NCBI GenBank assembly: GCA_016713535.1
Contig: JADJOY010000017.1
Span: 34,436-98,435 of the forward strand
Length of the DNA: 64,000 nt
Source: Deltaproteobacteria bacterium
GTDB taxonomy: Bacteria; JADJOY01
Direction of reading: 5' to 3'
Under the pieces are notes generated by a model, which ran no database searches, was not told the origin of the DNA, and worked only from the letters and a program-made list of their open reading frames with translations. Of this stretch, positions 30,654-44,125 are shown piece after piece. A program made the position numbers and the translations under genes. How positions within the stretch are numbered: the stretch's first letter is position 1; each line of letters starts with the position of its first letter.

Positions 30654-30761
30654 TCGGCCGGCGCCCGCCGCGCCCGCCCCGACCTGGATAAGGGTTGCGC
30701 TTCGGTGGGGTGGGGGAATCGGCATCCACTCGCGCCGACCGCGCGAGGCGGTCGCGAGCCC

Positions 30762-30775
30762 GGCGCCCACCTTGC
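30762..30775 (+). promoter_or_regulatory. sigma-54 type promoter GGCGCccaccTTGC about 105 nt upstream of lmo0937-EncFtn-encapsulin
   Basis: cccGGCGCccaccTTGCtc. Confidence 0.45.
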
Positions 30776-30882
30776 TCTATCCGTCGTGTGGCGGTGCTTG
30801 CGGCCGCTCAATGGCGAGGGGAGGAGCGACGGACCGTCGCGAGAGGGATGGTGGCGCCCCTCACCCTCGGTGGAGGGTCGTC

Positions 30883-31032
30883 ATGTTGTGGACAATCGCA
30901 CTGGTGTTGATCGTGCTGTGGCTCCTCGGGTTGGTCAGTAGCTACACGATGGGCGGTTTCATCCACGTTCTACTGGTCGTCGCCGTGATCGTGGTGCTCG
31001 TGAGCCTGATCCAGGGTCGCAGAGTCCTGTGA
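30883..31032 (+). CDS. lmo0937-family small membrane protein
   Basis: MLWTIALVLIVLWLLGLVSSYTMGGFIHVLLVVAVIVVLVSLIQGRRVL; GGAGGG RBS. Confidence 0.7.
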   Translation: MLWTIALVLIVLWLLGLVSSYTMGGFIHVLLVVAVIVVLVSLIQGRRVL

Positions 31033-31133
31033 CGCGCGACCTACTTCGATCGCTCGACTCCCGCGGAGGGACGAACACGTCCGCCCCGGAGCTCGATTCC
31101 GAGGGTGCCACCTCGGCGCCCGGGAGCCCACGC

Positions 31134-31577
31134 ATGAACGGTTACCACGAGCCCTATGAATCCCTCGCACCGCCGGACCGCGATCTCCATCGCGCGCTGC
31201 TGAGCTTGAAGGAAGAGATCGAGGCCGTGGATTGGTACCACCAGCGGGTCGTGACCTGCACCGATCAGGACCTCGGGCAAGTGCTCGCGCACAACCGCGA
31301 CGAGGAGATCGAGCACGCGTGCATGACGCTCGAGTGGGTGCGCCGCACGAGTCCGGCGTGGGACCTCGCGCTCAGGAAGTTCGTGTTCACCGAGGGCTCG
31401 ATCACGCAGAAGGAACGTCCCTCCCCATCGGCGCCCCTCGCCGCGTCGCGCGGACACGCCGAGCCGCCGCGAGGTGACCTCGCCATCGGGCGTTTGCACG
31501 ACCCGGTCGAACCGAAAGGGCGGCACGATTCGCGGGCCGCCGGCGCTCCCGAGCGTGCGCTTTGCCCCACCCCATGA
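31134..31577 (+). CDS. encapsulated ferritin-like protein (EncFtn) with C-terminal cargo-loading peptide
   Basis: HEPYESL...LLSLKEEIEAVDWYHQRV...AHNRDEEIEHACMTLEWVRR closely matches the EncFtn fold; the tail contains GDLAIGRL, similar to encapsulin targeting peptides. Confidence 0.85.
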   Translation: MNGYHEPYESLAPPDRDLHRALLSLKEEIEAVDWYHQRVVTCTDQDLGQVLAHNRDEEIEHACMTLEWVRRTSPAWDLALRKFVFTEGSITQKERPSPSAPLAASRGHAEPPRGDLAIGRLHDPVEPKGRHDSRAAGAPERALCPTP

Positions 31578-31588
31578 CGAGGACACCC

Positions 31589-32413
31589 ATGGACACCTTC
31601 AGGACGTCGTTGGCGCCGATCTCGGCGACTGCGTGGACCGAGCTCGAGCGGCAGGCCCGGGCCTCCCTCACCGCGCCGCTCTCGGCGCGCCGGATCGTCG
31701 ACGGCCGCGGACCGCGCGGGTGGGACGCCTCCGCGATCAACCTCGGCCGGCTGCGCCTTCACGACGGCGAGCAGGACGGAGTGTCGTTCGGGATCCGCCA
31801 GGTCCTGCCGCTGATCGAGCTGCGCGTCCCGTTTCGCCTCGGCCTGTGGGAGCTCGACAACGCCGCGCGCGGTGCGCTGGACCTGGACCTGAGGCCCCTC
31901 ACCGCCGCGGCGCGAGCGATCGCACACGCCGAGGACGAGATCGTGTTCCGCGGCCTCGCCGCGGCGGGTGTGCGAGGGGTGCTCGACTCGACGGCGCGCA
32001 CGCCCGTCGAGTTCGGCGCCGATCCACAGCGGTTCCCGGCGGCCGTGGCCAGCGCGCTGGTCCGGCTCAAGAACGACGGGGTCGGCGGGCCGTACGCGCT
32101 GGTCGTGGGCGCCGAGCTCTTCACGGCCCTCAGCGGAACGAGCGGCGATCAGTATCCGCTGATGCCGCGCCTCGCGCGGCTGATCGATGGCCCGGTGCTC
32201 CTGGCGCCGGTGCTTCGCGACGGTGCGGTGCTGGTGACGAGGCGGGGCGGCGATTTCGAGCTGACGCTCGGTCAGGACGTCACGCTCGGCTACGAGTTCC
32301 ACGACTCGAAGGACGTGAAGCTCTTCTTCACCGAGTCGGTGACGTTTCGAGTGCTGGACGAGGACGCAGCGGTGCTGTTCCGTCCCGAGGCGAGCGCGAC
32401 CGCGGTCACCTGA
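31589..32413 (+). CDS. family 1 encapsulin shell protein (linocin M18-like, HK97 fold)
   Basis: Start at M10 of the ORF 31562..32413 with GAGGA RBS. Matches T. maritima encapsulin across its length (RRIVDGRGPRGWDASAINLG..., LPLIELRVPF.LGLWELDN, GGDFELTLGQDVTLGYE). Confidence 0.9.
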   Translation: MDTFRTSLAPISATAWTELERQARASLTAPLSARRIVDGRGPRGWDASAINLGRLRLHDGEQDGVSFGIRQVLPLIELRVPFRLGLWELDNAARGALDLDLRPLTAAARAIAHAEDEIVFRGLAAAGVRGVLDSTARTPVEFGADPQRFPAAVASALVRLKNDGVGGPYALVVGAELFTALSGTSGDQYPLMPRLARLIDGPVLLAPVLRDGAVLVTRRGGDFELTLGQDVTLGYEFHDSKDVKLFFTESVTFRVLDEDAAVLFRPEASATAVT

Positions 32414-32546
32414 CCGGCCCGGCGCCGAGGAGCTCGACGCATCGCCGCCGCGTCCGGGCGCGGGCGGCATTCCCGAAGGCCCGGAAACCAAGGAACCGAG
32501 TGGCCCGGCAACCTCGCCGGGACACGTCGGATGGCGGGGGACCACC

Positions 32547-32861
32547 ATGATCACGAACCGATTTCACGTTGGCCGGCTGGGTGTGGGATGGACGGTGCGC
32601 CGCGAGTCCGACCCCGGAACGCTGATGCGGTTCCCCACCCAGAGCGAGGCCGAGGTCGCGGCCCAGGCGCGCTGTCGCGGCGCCCTCGACGTGGTGGTGG
32701 TCGACGCGGCTTCCAGCCAGCGCCGAGGCCGCGCCAAACCCGGCTCGTCCCTGGCCGCGCTCGAGGCGATGCTCCGCCGTGCCTCCTCCAGGCTCGACGA
32801 GTCGGCCCAGCGCCTCGCCGCGCTCGGTGCGTGGCCGCCCACCACCCCGGATCGGTCATGA
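32547..32861 (+). CDS. DUF2188-family small protein
   Basis: MITNRFHVGRLGVGWTVRRESDPGTLMRFPTQSEAEVAAQARCRGA; stop overlaps the next start (ATGA). Confidence 0.7.
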   Translation: MITNRFHVGRLGVGWTVRRESDPGTLMRFPTQSEAEVAAQARCRGALDVVVVDAASSQRRGRAKPGSSLAALEAMLRRASSRLDESAQRLAALGAWPPTTPDRS

Positions 32862-33975
32862 CGCCGGAGCAGGGGCCGAGCCCGAGGCTCGTCGACTTCC
32901 TCGCCGCTCACCGCGAGGAGATCCTCCGCCGCACCGGCATCCGCGTCGGAGCCCGCCTCGGGCCAGGCGTGACGTCCGAGCAGCTCGAGGAGGGTGTTCC
33001 GCTGTTCCTGGACCACCTCGAGGTGGTGTTGGGGGTGGGTGAGGTGTCGCCGGGCGATGATCCGGCTCGGAGGAACGCGGGCGCGGCGGCCCACGGCGCA
33101 GCGCTCCAGCGAGCGGGGTTCACGATCGCTCACGCGGTCCACGGCTATGGCGACGTCTGCCAGGTCGTGACCGAGCTCGCCGAGGACCTCGGCCATCCGA
33201 TCACGGTATCGGAGTTCCACGCCTTCAACTGGTGCGTCGACGTGGCGGCGGCCGAGGCCGTGACGGAGTACCAGCGCCGCCGTGAGGCCGCCTTCGCGAG
33301 CGACGAGAACGAGCGGCTGGGGATGCTGGCGCACGAGCTCCGAACTCGATCAACGCCGCGCGGCTCTCGTACGAGCTCCTGCGCCTGGGCCGGGTCGGCG
33401 TGCGCGGCAGTACGAGCAACTCGCTGGGACGCAACCTGCGGCGCCTCGGCGTGCTCATCGACCGTGCGCTCGCCGAGGTCCGGCTCCAGTCGGGAAGCAG
33501 CAGTCTCTCGCCGATCCAGGTGGCAGCGCTCGTGGAGGACGTCGAGGTCGACGCCAGGGCTCACGCCGCCGATCAAGGTCTGGGGCTCGTCGTGGCGTTC
33601 GTGGATCCTGCCCCCGGGGGCTGCGTCTCCATCCTCACGTCGGCCGACGCGGAGCGCGTGCGGATCCACGTCGCGGACGACTGTGGCGGGCTCGGCGAGG
33701 GCGTGGCCGAACATATCTTCCAGCCGTTCGAGCAGTGGGGCGCGGATCGTACGGGGCTGGGCCTCGGCCTCACGATCGCTCGCCGCGCCGCCGAGGCGCA
33801 GGGGGGATCGGTGTCGGTCGAGGACCGTCCGGGGGCCGGCTGCACCTTCACCCTCGAGCTGCCCCGCGCATTCACTGCGGTCCGTGGCCAGGGCACGGAA
33901 TCGGCGCCCGAGATGGCCTCCAATGCCGCGGCGCCGCGCGCTCGTCCACCGCGGACCGACCAGAACTCGCCATGA
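32858..33975 (+). CDS. cytoplasmic sensor histidine kinase; apparent -1 frameshift near 33340
   Basis: H-box MLAHELR in frame 32531; then N-box/G-box/HATPase (NSLGRNLRRL..., DDCGGLGEGV...GLGLGLTIARR) in frame 33400. The junction is ctccgaactcg, probably missing one base. Confidence 0.75.
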
Positions 33976-34208
33976 AGCCACCTTCCGGTAAACCCCGGCC
34001 GAACGTTCGCGGTGTGCTCCGATCCAGCCACCCGCGCTCGAGCTGGGCCGGGTCGCTGCTGGACGGAGAGTCGGTGCCGCCTCCGTTCAGCTGCGACCCG
34101 GATCCCGCGCCGCCCGCGCCACCCGAGGCGATCCGCCCCGCGAGCGAGGACCACGCGCAGGCCCTCGCGCGCTGGGAGTCGGAGGGTGGCGGGCTTGCGG
34201 GCAGGTAA
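33972..34208 (+). CDS. small hypothetical protein with C-terminal ARWESEGGG motif, translationally coupled to the histidine kinase
   Basis: ATGA overlap with the kinase stop; 78 aa; high GC3; Pro-rich middle region. Confidence 0.45.
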   Translation: MKPPSGKPRPNVRGVLRSSHPRSSWAGSLLDGESVPPPFSCDPDPAPPAPPEAIRPASEDHAQALARWESEGGGLAGR

Positions 34209-34292
34209 CGATCGGGCGTGAGCGCCGCGTCCGCTATTGAAGGACACGGGCTCGCCCGACACGTGGGTCTGGATCGGACGGCGAGCGAGGAG

Positions 34293-34482
34293 GAGCACGA
34301 CATGTACGAGCAACGCCACGAGCGGCCGTTGCCCGCCGAAGACCGATCCGGGGAAGCTCTTCGCGGGGCTCTATGCGCTCTACGACGGGATCGTGTTCCT
34401 GGTGGTGGCGGGCCTGTTGCTCGCCCCGGTCACGCACCGGGTGCTCCACCACTTCCACTGGACCGAAGAGCGTGGCTCGTGA
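34293..34482 (+). CDS. putative small membrane protein (about 59 aa) split by a +1 frame change at a GGGG run
   Basis: GAGGAGG RBS 7 nt before ATG 34293 (MYEQRHERPLPAEDRSG). A strongly GC3-biased hydrophobic continuation lies in the next frame (KLFAGLYALYDGIVFLVVAGLLLAPVTHRVLHHFHWTEERGS). Confidence 0.3.
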
Positions 34483-34511
34483 GCGCCGCGCCAGCGCACG
34501 TGGTGCGCGAC

Positions 34512-34988
34512 TCAGCGCGGTGGTCTCGCCGAGTCGTCGCGCGGCTCGGCGCCAGGCGCCGCGGTCCAGTGGATCGTCACTTCCTTCTTGCCGAACTCGA
34601 GCGCAGCGGACTCGTCCTTGCCGAAGTAGACGTCGATCCGGCGATGCCAGCGCGCGTCCATCTTGTCGGCGACTCCTCCACCACCCGGCAGTCCTTCGAT
34701 CCGCACCTTCGTGCCCTCGTCGAGGCCCATCTCGGCGAGGTCCTTGGACACCGCGATGACCTGCATCCCGGGGCGAAGCTTCGCCCCGCTGGCGGTGGTC
34801 CCGGGCGTCGAGTCGGTCTGCGCCGCGAGCGAGTTGAACGCGGTGGCCGTCACGCGCACCGATCGTTCCGTGGACGTCCGAGGCGGCGCGATGGGCTCGG
34901 CCGGTCCCGGCACCGGGGTGCGCTCCGTGCATCCGGCGAGCAGCACCGAGCACAGCAGGCCCCCCCAGAATGCTCGTGTCGCTTCCAT
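34512..34988 (-). CDS. 3D-domain (MltA/RlpA-like) lipoprotein
   Basis: Start ATG 34988 with GGAGG RBS; lipobox LLAGC; 3D domain motifs (GAKLRPGMQVIAVS...DKMDARWHRRIDVYFG). Confidence 0.7.
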   Translation of the reverse strand: MEATRAFWGGLLCSVLLAGCTERTPVPGPAEPIAPPRTSTERSVRVTATAFNSLAAQTDSTPGTTASGAKLRPGMQVIAVSKDLAEMGLDEGTKVRIEGLPGGGGVADKMDARWHRRIDVYFGKDESAALEFGKKEVTIHWTAAPGAEPRDDSARPPR

Positions 34989-36079
34989 CCACGCCTCCGT
35001 ACGGTGCGAGCCTGCCGACCCTTCACGCGCCGTCGAACCTTGCCTCGCTCGCGTACGACCTGCGGATCGAAGATCCGAGGCAGACGCTCGGCGAATCGTG
35101 TGCGAGCCAGGAACGGGGACGTGTCGGTCGATCACGAGATCCTGCCGCTGCGGTTGGACGTGCCGCCCTGCCGGTATCGTGCATCCCACGACCGGTTCAA
35201 CGAGCCATCCAGGTCGGTGGGAATGCCGTTGGTGCCGACGAGCCGTGGGACGTGGACGCTCGCTCCGGCGGGTCTCGAGGGCGTCGCGGCCGCGCCCTTG
35301 GTGCGCCGTCGCTTGGCGGCCCAGTTCGCAAGCGCCTGGAACCAGCCCGGGCTCGTGTCGGACCTCGCGCTCGGCGCTGTGCCCGAGGCGTTCTCGGCGG
35401 CTGGGAGCCCCCGGTCGTCGCGGCAACGCACGCTCACCACCGCCCGGCCACGAGCGCCAGGCGCACGGGGCTGATCGCTGCACCTCGTGGCGGAGGGATG
35501 GATGCAGCATTCCCTACGGCGGAACGGGCGCGGGGTGTTTCGAGGACGGACATGTGCTCTCCCATGGTGACACGCGGGTCGAAGGGCGCGGGAACCCGCA
35601 AGTAACGTTCATCGGCGGGCGGGCGGGTGCCAGCGCGCGACTCGCCTGCCCGGTCAGCCGGGCAAGACCTGGCTCGCCCCGCTCGACCGAGAAGCACGCA
35701 GAATGCCGGTGGTGAGCTCAGGGCCTGGCGGGTACGCCACCGCCGGCGCGGTCAGCCTATCATCACGCCAGGGACGACGAACGCACGACCCGCCAGCCTT
35801 CCTTTGCTCGACCGGCCGGCCGGAGGACCCGGCGGTGTGCGCCCGCTCAGCTCGACTCGGTGCTGGCGAGGCGGCTGCCGGTGACCCGCAGTCGCAGCCA
35901 GTCGATGGCCGCGGAGCGATGGCCCGCGCGTTGCTAGCGCATGGCCGCGCACGGCTGCGCGATCGGGTTTCAGCCGTAATCCTGCGCAAAATCTCGCGCG
36001 ACAGGCGAAACCGATGACCGACCCACTTTCAAACGGCGAGCAAAAACTACAAAGCGGCGGGGCTGGCGGAGGAGCGAGC

Positions 36080-37323
36080 ATGGAGCGTGGAACGACGGGC
36101 AACCGAGCGCGGACCCTCGCGGGCCTCGCGTCGCTCGTGGTGCTGGGGCTCGCGGCCGAGTGCCACCTGGTCGCGCCGACCGACCACGACATCACCGTGG
36201 GGCCCGGCTTCAGTGACGTCAGCCCGCACCAGGTGGTGCGCACGAGCGCGGGGCTGCTCTACACGGTCACGGCGACGTGCAAGTTCTATCCCTCGTGCGG
36301 GTCGAGCAACACGATCCTGGTCCGCAAGGCCGATCAGGTGGGAACGCCCACGGCGCTCACCGTGGTCGGGGACTCGGCGGACGTCGGCATCCTGATCGGC
36401 GCCGTGGCCATCGCCATCGATGGCCAGGATCGGATCCACGCGCTCTGGACGCAGCGCGACGGCTTCGTCCGCTACGGGATCTTCGACACGGCCACCGACT
36501 CGTGGGGTGCGATCGAAGCCATCGAGGCGACCAACTGGACGGACTTCGCCCAGCGAGATCAAGGGGTGGGACTCGCCCTGGATCCGGCGGGCGTGCCGTA
36601 CGCCACCTGGAGTCATCGACCGACGGCCGGCGCTGCACTCCGCACCCACTTCTCGCGGCGCCTCGCCGGTGGCTGGGAGACGCCGATCGAGGTGGCGGAC
36701 GTGGTCGACTGCGACCCGGCCACCGTCGACTGCGGAGCGTGGCACCCGACGGTAGCCTTCAAGCCGAACGGCGACTTCCTGGTGGCGTGGGGCACCAGCT
36801 CGTTCCCCTACGAGCGCGACGGCTGGGTGCACGTCTGCACGCGAACCCACACCGGCACCTGGCTACCCTCGGTCCGGATCGAGGAGCACTCGCTGGGCGG
36901 GCTCGACGACGGCCCGTCGATGATCGTCACCCCGATGGTGTCGCCCACGTCTCGTTCGTCGACGTCAACTTCGCGCCCCGCTACTGGTACGACGAAGGGC
37001 AGGGCTGGAAGGGCGACCGTCAGCCACCCGTCGTCGTCACGCACAACCCGTCGCTCGGACCCGATGGCGCGAACGGTGTCCTCCTCTATGCCCACGGTCC
37101 CCCGCCGATCGGTGACCCCGCCGGCGAAGGACACGACATCTTCTCGGTGCACCGGCCCCGAGGGGGTGCGTTCGATCCGGCCTGGACGCTCTACGTGGAG
37201 GGCGCGTACGACTCGTCGATCTCGACACGCTGGGCGCAGTTCTTTCAGGCCGAGCCGTGGAACCTCGACCTCGTCTACTGGACCCGCCAGTACCCCAACG
37301 AGCTTCACCTCGGCGTGAACTGA
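36080..37323 (+). CDS. secreted hypothetical protein; apparent -1 frameshift near 36935
   Basis: Signal peptide MERGTTGNRARTLAGLASLVVLGLAA with GGAGGAG RBS. The N-terminal 285 aa are in frame 36014; the C-terminal part (HVSFVDVNFAPRYWYDEGQGW...) is in frame 36277. The junction is inside a CCCC run. Confidence 0.6.
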
Positions 37324-37350
37324 GGCGGGCCGACCCCCGCCGCGGCGCGT

Positions 37351-41058
<3,708 letters not shown>

Positions 41059-41149
41059 CGTGCCGCTTCCGTGAAAAGGCGAATGGATCGCCCGGGAGGG
41101 GCGATCGGGTGGATCGAGCAAGAATAGCGGAATCCGCGCCCCGAATGCT

Positions 41150-41500
41150 CGGCCCACGGCGCGCAGCGCGACGCCACGAGCGAAGCGAGCGCCTCGGGGG
41201 TGGCCGCGAACAGTAATCGACGGACCGTCGATGCAACTCCTGCGCGTATCGCCGGCGCGGCAGGAGCCGCGCCCTCCGACGGGGAGGGGGGCTGGAGCCC
41301 GCTCGAAGCGCAGAGCCACTCGGCCGGCTCGCGCCACGCACCGACCCGTCACACGGCGCGTCGCAGCGCGACGCCACGAGCGAAGCGAGTGCCTCGGGGG
41401 TGGCCGCGAACAGTAATCGACGGACCGTCGATGCAACTCCCGCGCGTATCGCCGGCGCGGCAGGAGCCGCGCCCTCCGACGGGGAGGGGGGGGCTGGAAC
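41150..41500. repeat. tandem direct duplication (2 x ~140 nt, about 98% identical, 200-nt period) of a hairpin-rich element between the FN3 lipoprotein gene and metH
   Basis: Unit 1 at 41161-41296 and unit 2 at 41361-41498 differ at two substitutions plus a G-run length. Each unit carries three inverted repeats (ATCGACGG-A-CCGTCGAT; CTCCTGCGCG...CGCGGCAGGAG; CCCTCC-GACG-GGGAGG). Confidence 0.7.
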
Positions 41501-41534
41501 CCGCGTGCGCTACGCGCACGCTCCCCGCGGAAAC

Positions 41535-42600
41535 TCAGCGCACGGTGACCGTGGCGCTCGGCGGGCTCTCGTTGGCGCGCGCCGAGCGGTCGACCGCGGT
41601 GATGCGATAGCGCACGTCGCCGAGCGGCGGCTTGGAGTCGAGGAAGCGGGTGCCATCGATCAGGTTGGGCGTGACGCGGTCGCCGGCGCCGTTGGGCCGG
41701 AGGCGGTAGAGGTTGTACCCCGCGACGTCGGCGTCGGGCGAAGGATCCCAGCGCAGCTCGATGCCGGCCGGAGTGCGCGCCCCGACCAGGCCGGTGGGCG
41801 TGGCCGGGGGGGTGGTGTCCTCGGAGACGATGCTCACGGTGGACGAGTCGTCGCTCTCGAGCAGAACGTCGGCGTGCTGTACCACGCTCCGCACCACGTA
41901 GTTCTGGGTGCGGTCGATGGGCGCGTCGGAGTCCGTCCACGTGGTCTCGAGGACCGGTGTGGCGGTGAGCAGCTCGGGCTCGCTCTCACCGGCCCAGCGG
42001 TAGACGCGATAGGCGACGGTGCGAGACTCGGCGCTGGCGTCCGATCGGGTCGTGGGCGCGGTCCAGCTCAGCGTGGCGGCGCGCTCGCTGGCGCGTGCTG
42101 TCAGGCTCCCCGGCGGCGCCGGCGGCACGGACCACGCGATCGAGACCGCGTTCGACGGGATGGTGCCGTAGCCGGTGCTGCCGTAGGTGACGACCCGGTA
42201 CACGTTGACCGTGTCCGCGACCGCGCTGGTATCGCGGAGCACCGCCTCTTTGAGCGGCACGCCGGCCGGATCGGTTGGCACGGGCAGCACGAAGGCGAGC
42301 TCGGGCTTGCTCGCGGTCACGGTCGCGGCGCCGCCTACCGGCAACAGCGAGTGCAGCACCTGGAAGCCGACCACGTCGGCAGGCTTCGAGCCGTCCTGGT
42401 TCTTCTGCGGGATGCTCCAGCGCAGCTCGCCGGCGCCGCGGGTGGCGGTGGCGGTGAGGTCCTTCACCAGGTCGGGCAGCTCGGACTCGGGAGGCCTGGG
42501 CATTCCCCTCCTTGCCGCAGCCGGACCCGGAGGAAGCGAGCACGCCGGCGAGGGCGCCGATCGCGAGGAACGCGCGGAGCGAGGGGCGCGGTCGTCTCAT
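41535..42600 (-). CDS. lipoprotein with three fibronectin type III-like domains; apparent +1 frame change near 42510
   Basis: Lipoprotein signal [28 protein letters not shown] starts at ATG 42600 and overlaps the argH stop as ATGA. The FN3 body is in the next frame from 42503. The junction is at a GGGG run. Confidence 0.65.
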
Positions 42601-44105
42601 CGCGCGAGGTCCTTCCGGGCTCGCGCGAGTGCGCGCACGATCGCTTCGCGCGCGGTGCCGCCGATCACGCGCCGCTGGTCGGTCGAGCCTCCCGGCTCGA
42701 GCCCCTTCACGTGGTCGAGGCGAAGCCGTGGGTGGATCGCCTTGAGCTCCTTCGCGTCGAGCGTGCGCGGGTCGCGGGCGAGGGCGAGCGTGGTGCGCAC
42801 CAGCGCGCCCACCGCCGCGTGCGCCTCGCGGAACGGCAATCCTTCGCGCGCCAGCGCGTCGGCGACGTCGGTCATCATGAGCGCGGGATCCTCGGCGGCG
42901 CGCTCCATGGTCTCGGTGCGGATCACGAGCCGAGGCACCAGCGAGGTCAGCACGCGCACCGAGCCGCGCACCACGTCGACGGCCTCGAAGAGCGGTTGTT
43001 TGTCTTCCTGCAGGTCGCGGTTGTAGGCGAGCGGCAATCCCTTGAGCACGGTCAGGATCGCCACCAGCGCGCCGTTCACGCGCCCGGTGCGGCCGCGGAT
43101 CAGCTCGGCCACGTCCGGGTTCTTCTTCTGCGGCATGATGCTCGAGCCGGTCGAGTGGCTGTCGGGAAGCTCGGCGAACGCGAACTCGGCCGAGGACCAC
43201 AGCACCAGCTCCTCCGCGAAGCGGCTCAGGTGCGCCTGCAAGAGCGCCGCGGCGGCGAGGAACTCGACCACGAAGTCGCGATCGCTGGTGGCGTCGAGGC
43301 TGTTGGCCGTGGGTCCGTCGAAGCCGAGGAGCTTGGCGCTGAGCTCGCGATCGAGCGGAAAGGTGGTGCCGGCGAGCGCCGCCGAGCCGAGCGGCGAGCG
43401 GTTGAGGCGCCCGCGCGCGTCGAGGAATCGCCCGCGATCCCGGCTCAGCATCTCGTGATACGCGAGAAGGTGGTGCGCGAGCCGCACCGGCTGCGCCCGC
43501 TGCAGGTGGGTGTAGCCGGGCAGCACGGTGTCGACGTGGCGGGCGGCGAGCTCGACGAACGCGGCGTCGAGGGCGCGCAGCTCGCCGACGAGCGCATCGA
43601 GCTCGTCGCGCAGCCAGAGCCTCAGGTCGGTGGCGATCTGGTCGTTGCGGCTGCGGGCAGTGTGGAGCTTGCCGCCGAGCGGGCCGAGGCGCGCGGTGAG
43701 CAGCCGCTCGACCGCCATGTGGATGTCTTCGTCGCCGGGGGCGATCTTCGCCTTCCCGGAGGCGAGGTCCGCTTCAACGGCGCGCAGCCCGTCGGAGAGC
43801 GCCTTGGCCTCGCGCGGCTTGAGCATCCCCGCCTTGGCGAGCACCTGAACGTGCGCCAGCGAGCCGCGCACGTCGTGGTGGAGGAGCCGCTGGTCGAACG
43901 ACACCGAGGACGTGAACGCGAGCACCTCCGCGTCGACATCCTCGGCGAAGCGCTGCCCGCGGGCCTCGCGGCCACCCGTCTTCGGGGCTTTGCTCGAGGT
44001 GGCGCGTGCGGGCTTCTTCCTGGCGTTGGCGCGGGGCTGGCTCACGGTTGGCTCGGGGTCGGACGGTGGCGCGCCAAGACTACGGCACACCCCCGACCCC
44101 GCCAA
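42597..44105 (-). CDS. argH: argininosuccinate lyase
   Basis: Fumarate-lyase family motifs (GSSIMPQKKNPD). About 45-aa K/R-rich N-terminal extension before the conserved RFAEDVDAEV start region; no nearer in-frame start codon. Confidence 0.85.
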   Translation of the reverse strand: MAGSGVCRSLGAPPSDPEPTVSQPRANARKKPARATSSKAPKTGGREARGQRFAEDVDAEVLAFTSSVSFDQRLLHHDVRGSLAHVQVLAKAGMLKPREAKALSDGLRAVEADLASGKAKIAPGDEDIHMAVERLLTARLGPLGGKLHTARSRNDQIATDLRLWLRDELDALVGELRALDAAFVELAARHVDTVLPGYTHLQRAQPVRLAHHLLAYHEMLSRDRGRFLDARGRLNRSPLGSAALAGTTFPLDRELSAKLLGFDGPTANSLDATSDRDFVVEFLAAAALLQAHLSRFAEELVLWSSAEFAFAELPDSHSTGSSIMPQKKNPDVAELIRGRTGRVNGALVAILTVLKGLPLAYNRDLQEDKQPLFEAVDVVRGSVRVLTSLVPRLVIRTETMERAAEDPALMMTDVADALAREGLPFREAHAAVGALVRTTLALARDPRTLDAKELKAIHPRLRLDHVKGLEPGGSTDQRRVIGGTAREAIVRALARARKDLAR

Positions 44106-44125
44106 CCCCGCGCGACCGCCGACCC

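Noticed and set aside
35400-35800. RNase P RNA / tmRNA / SRP RNA in the 1.1-kb gene-poor stretch
   Set aside because: The hallmark conserved boxes (for example GGAAAGUCCGG...AGGGUGAAA for RNase P, the tRNA-like ends of tmRNA) are absent.
41059-41534. Possible cobalamin or SAM/SAH riboswitch in the metH leader
   Set aside because: I could not recognise a B12 box (GCCACUG in a proper context) or SAM-I/SAM-II/SAH core motifs in either orientation. The tandem hairpin repeat is reported instead as an unclassified structured element.
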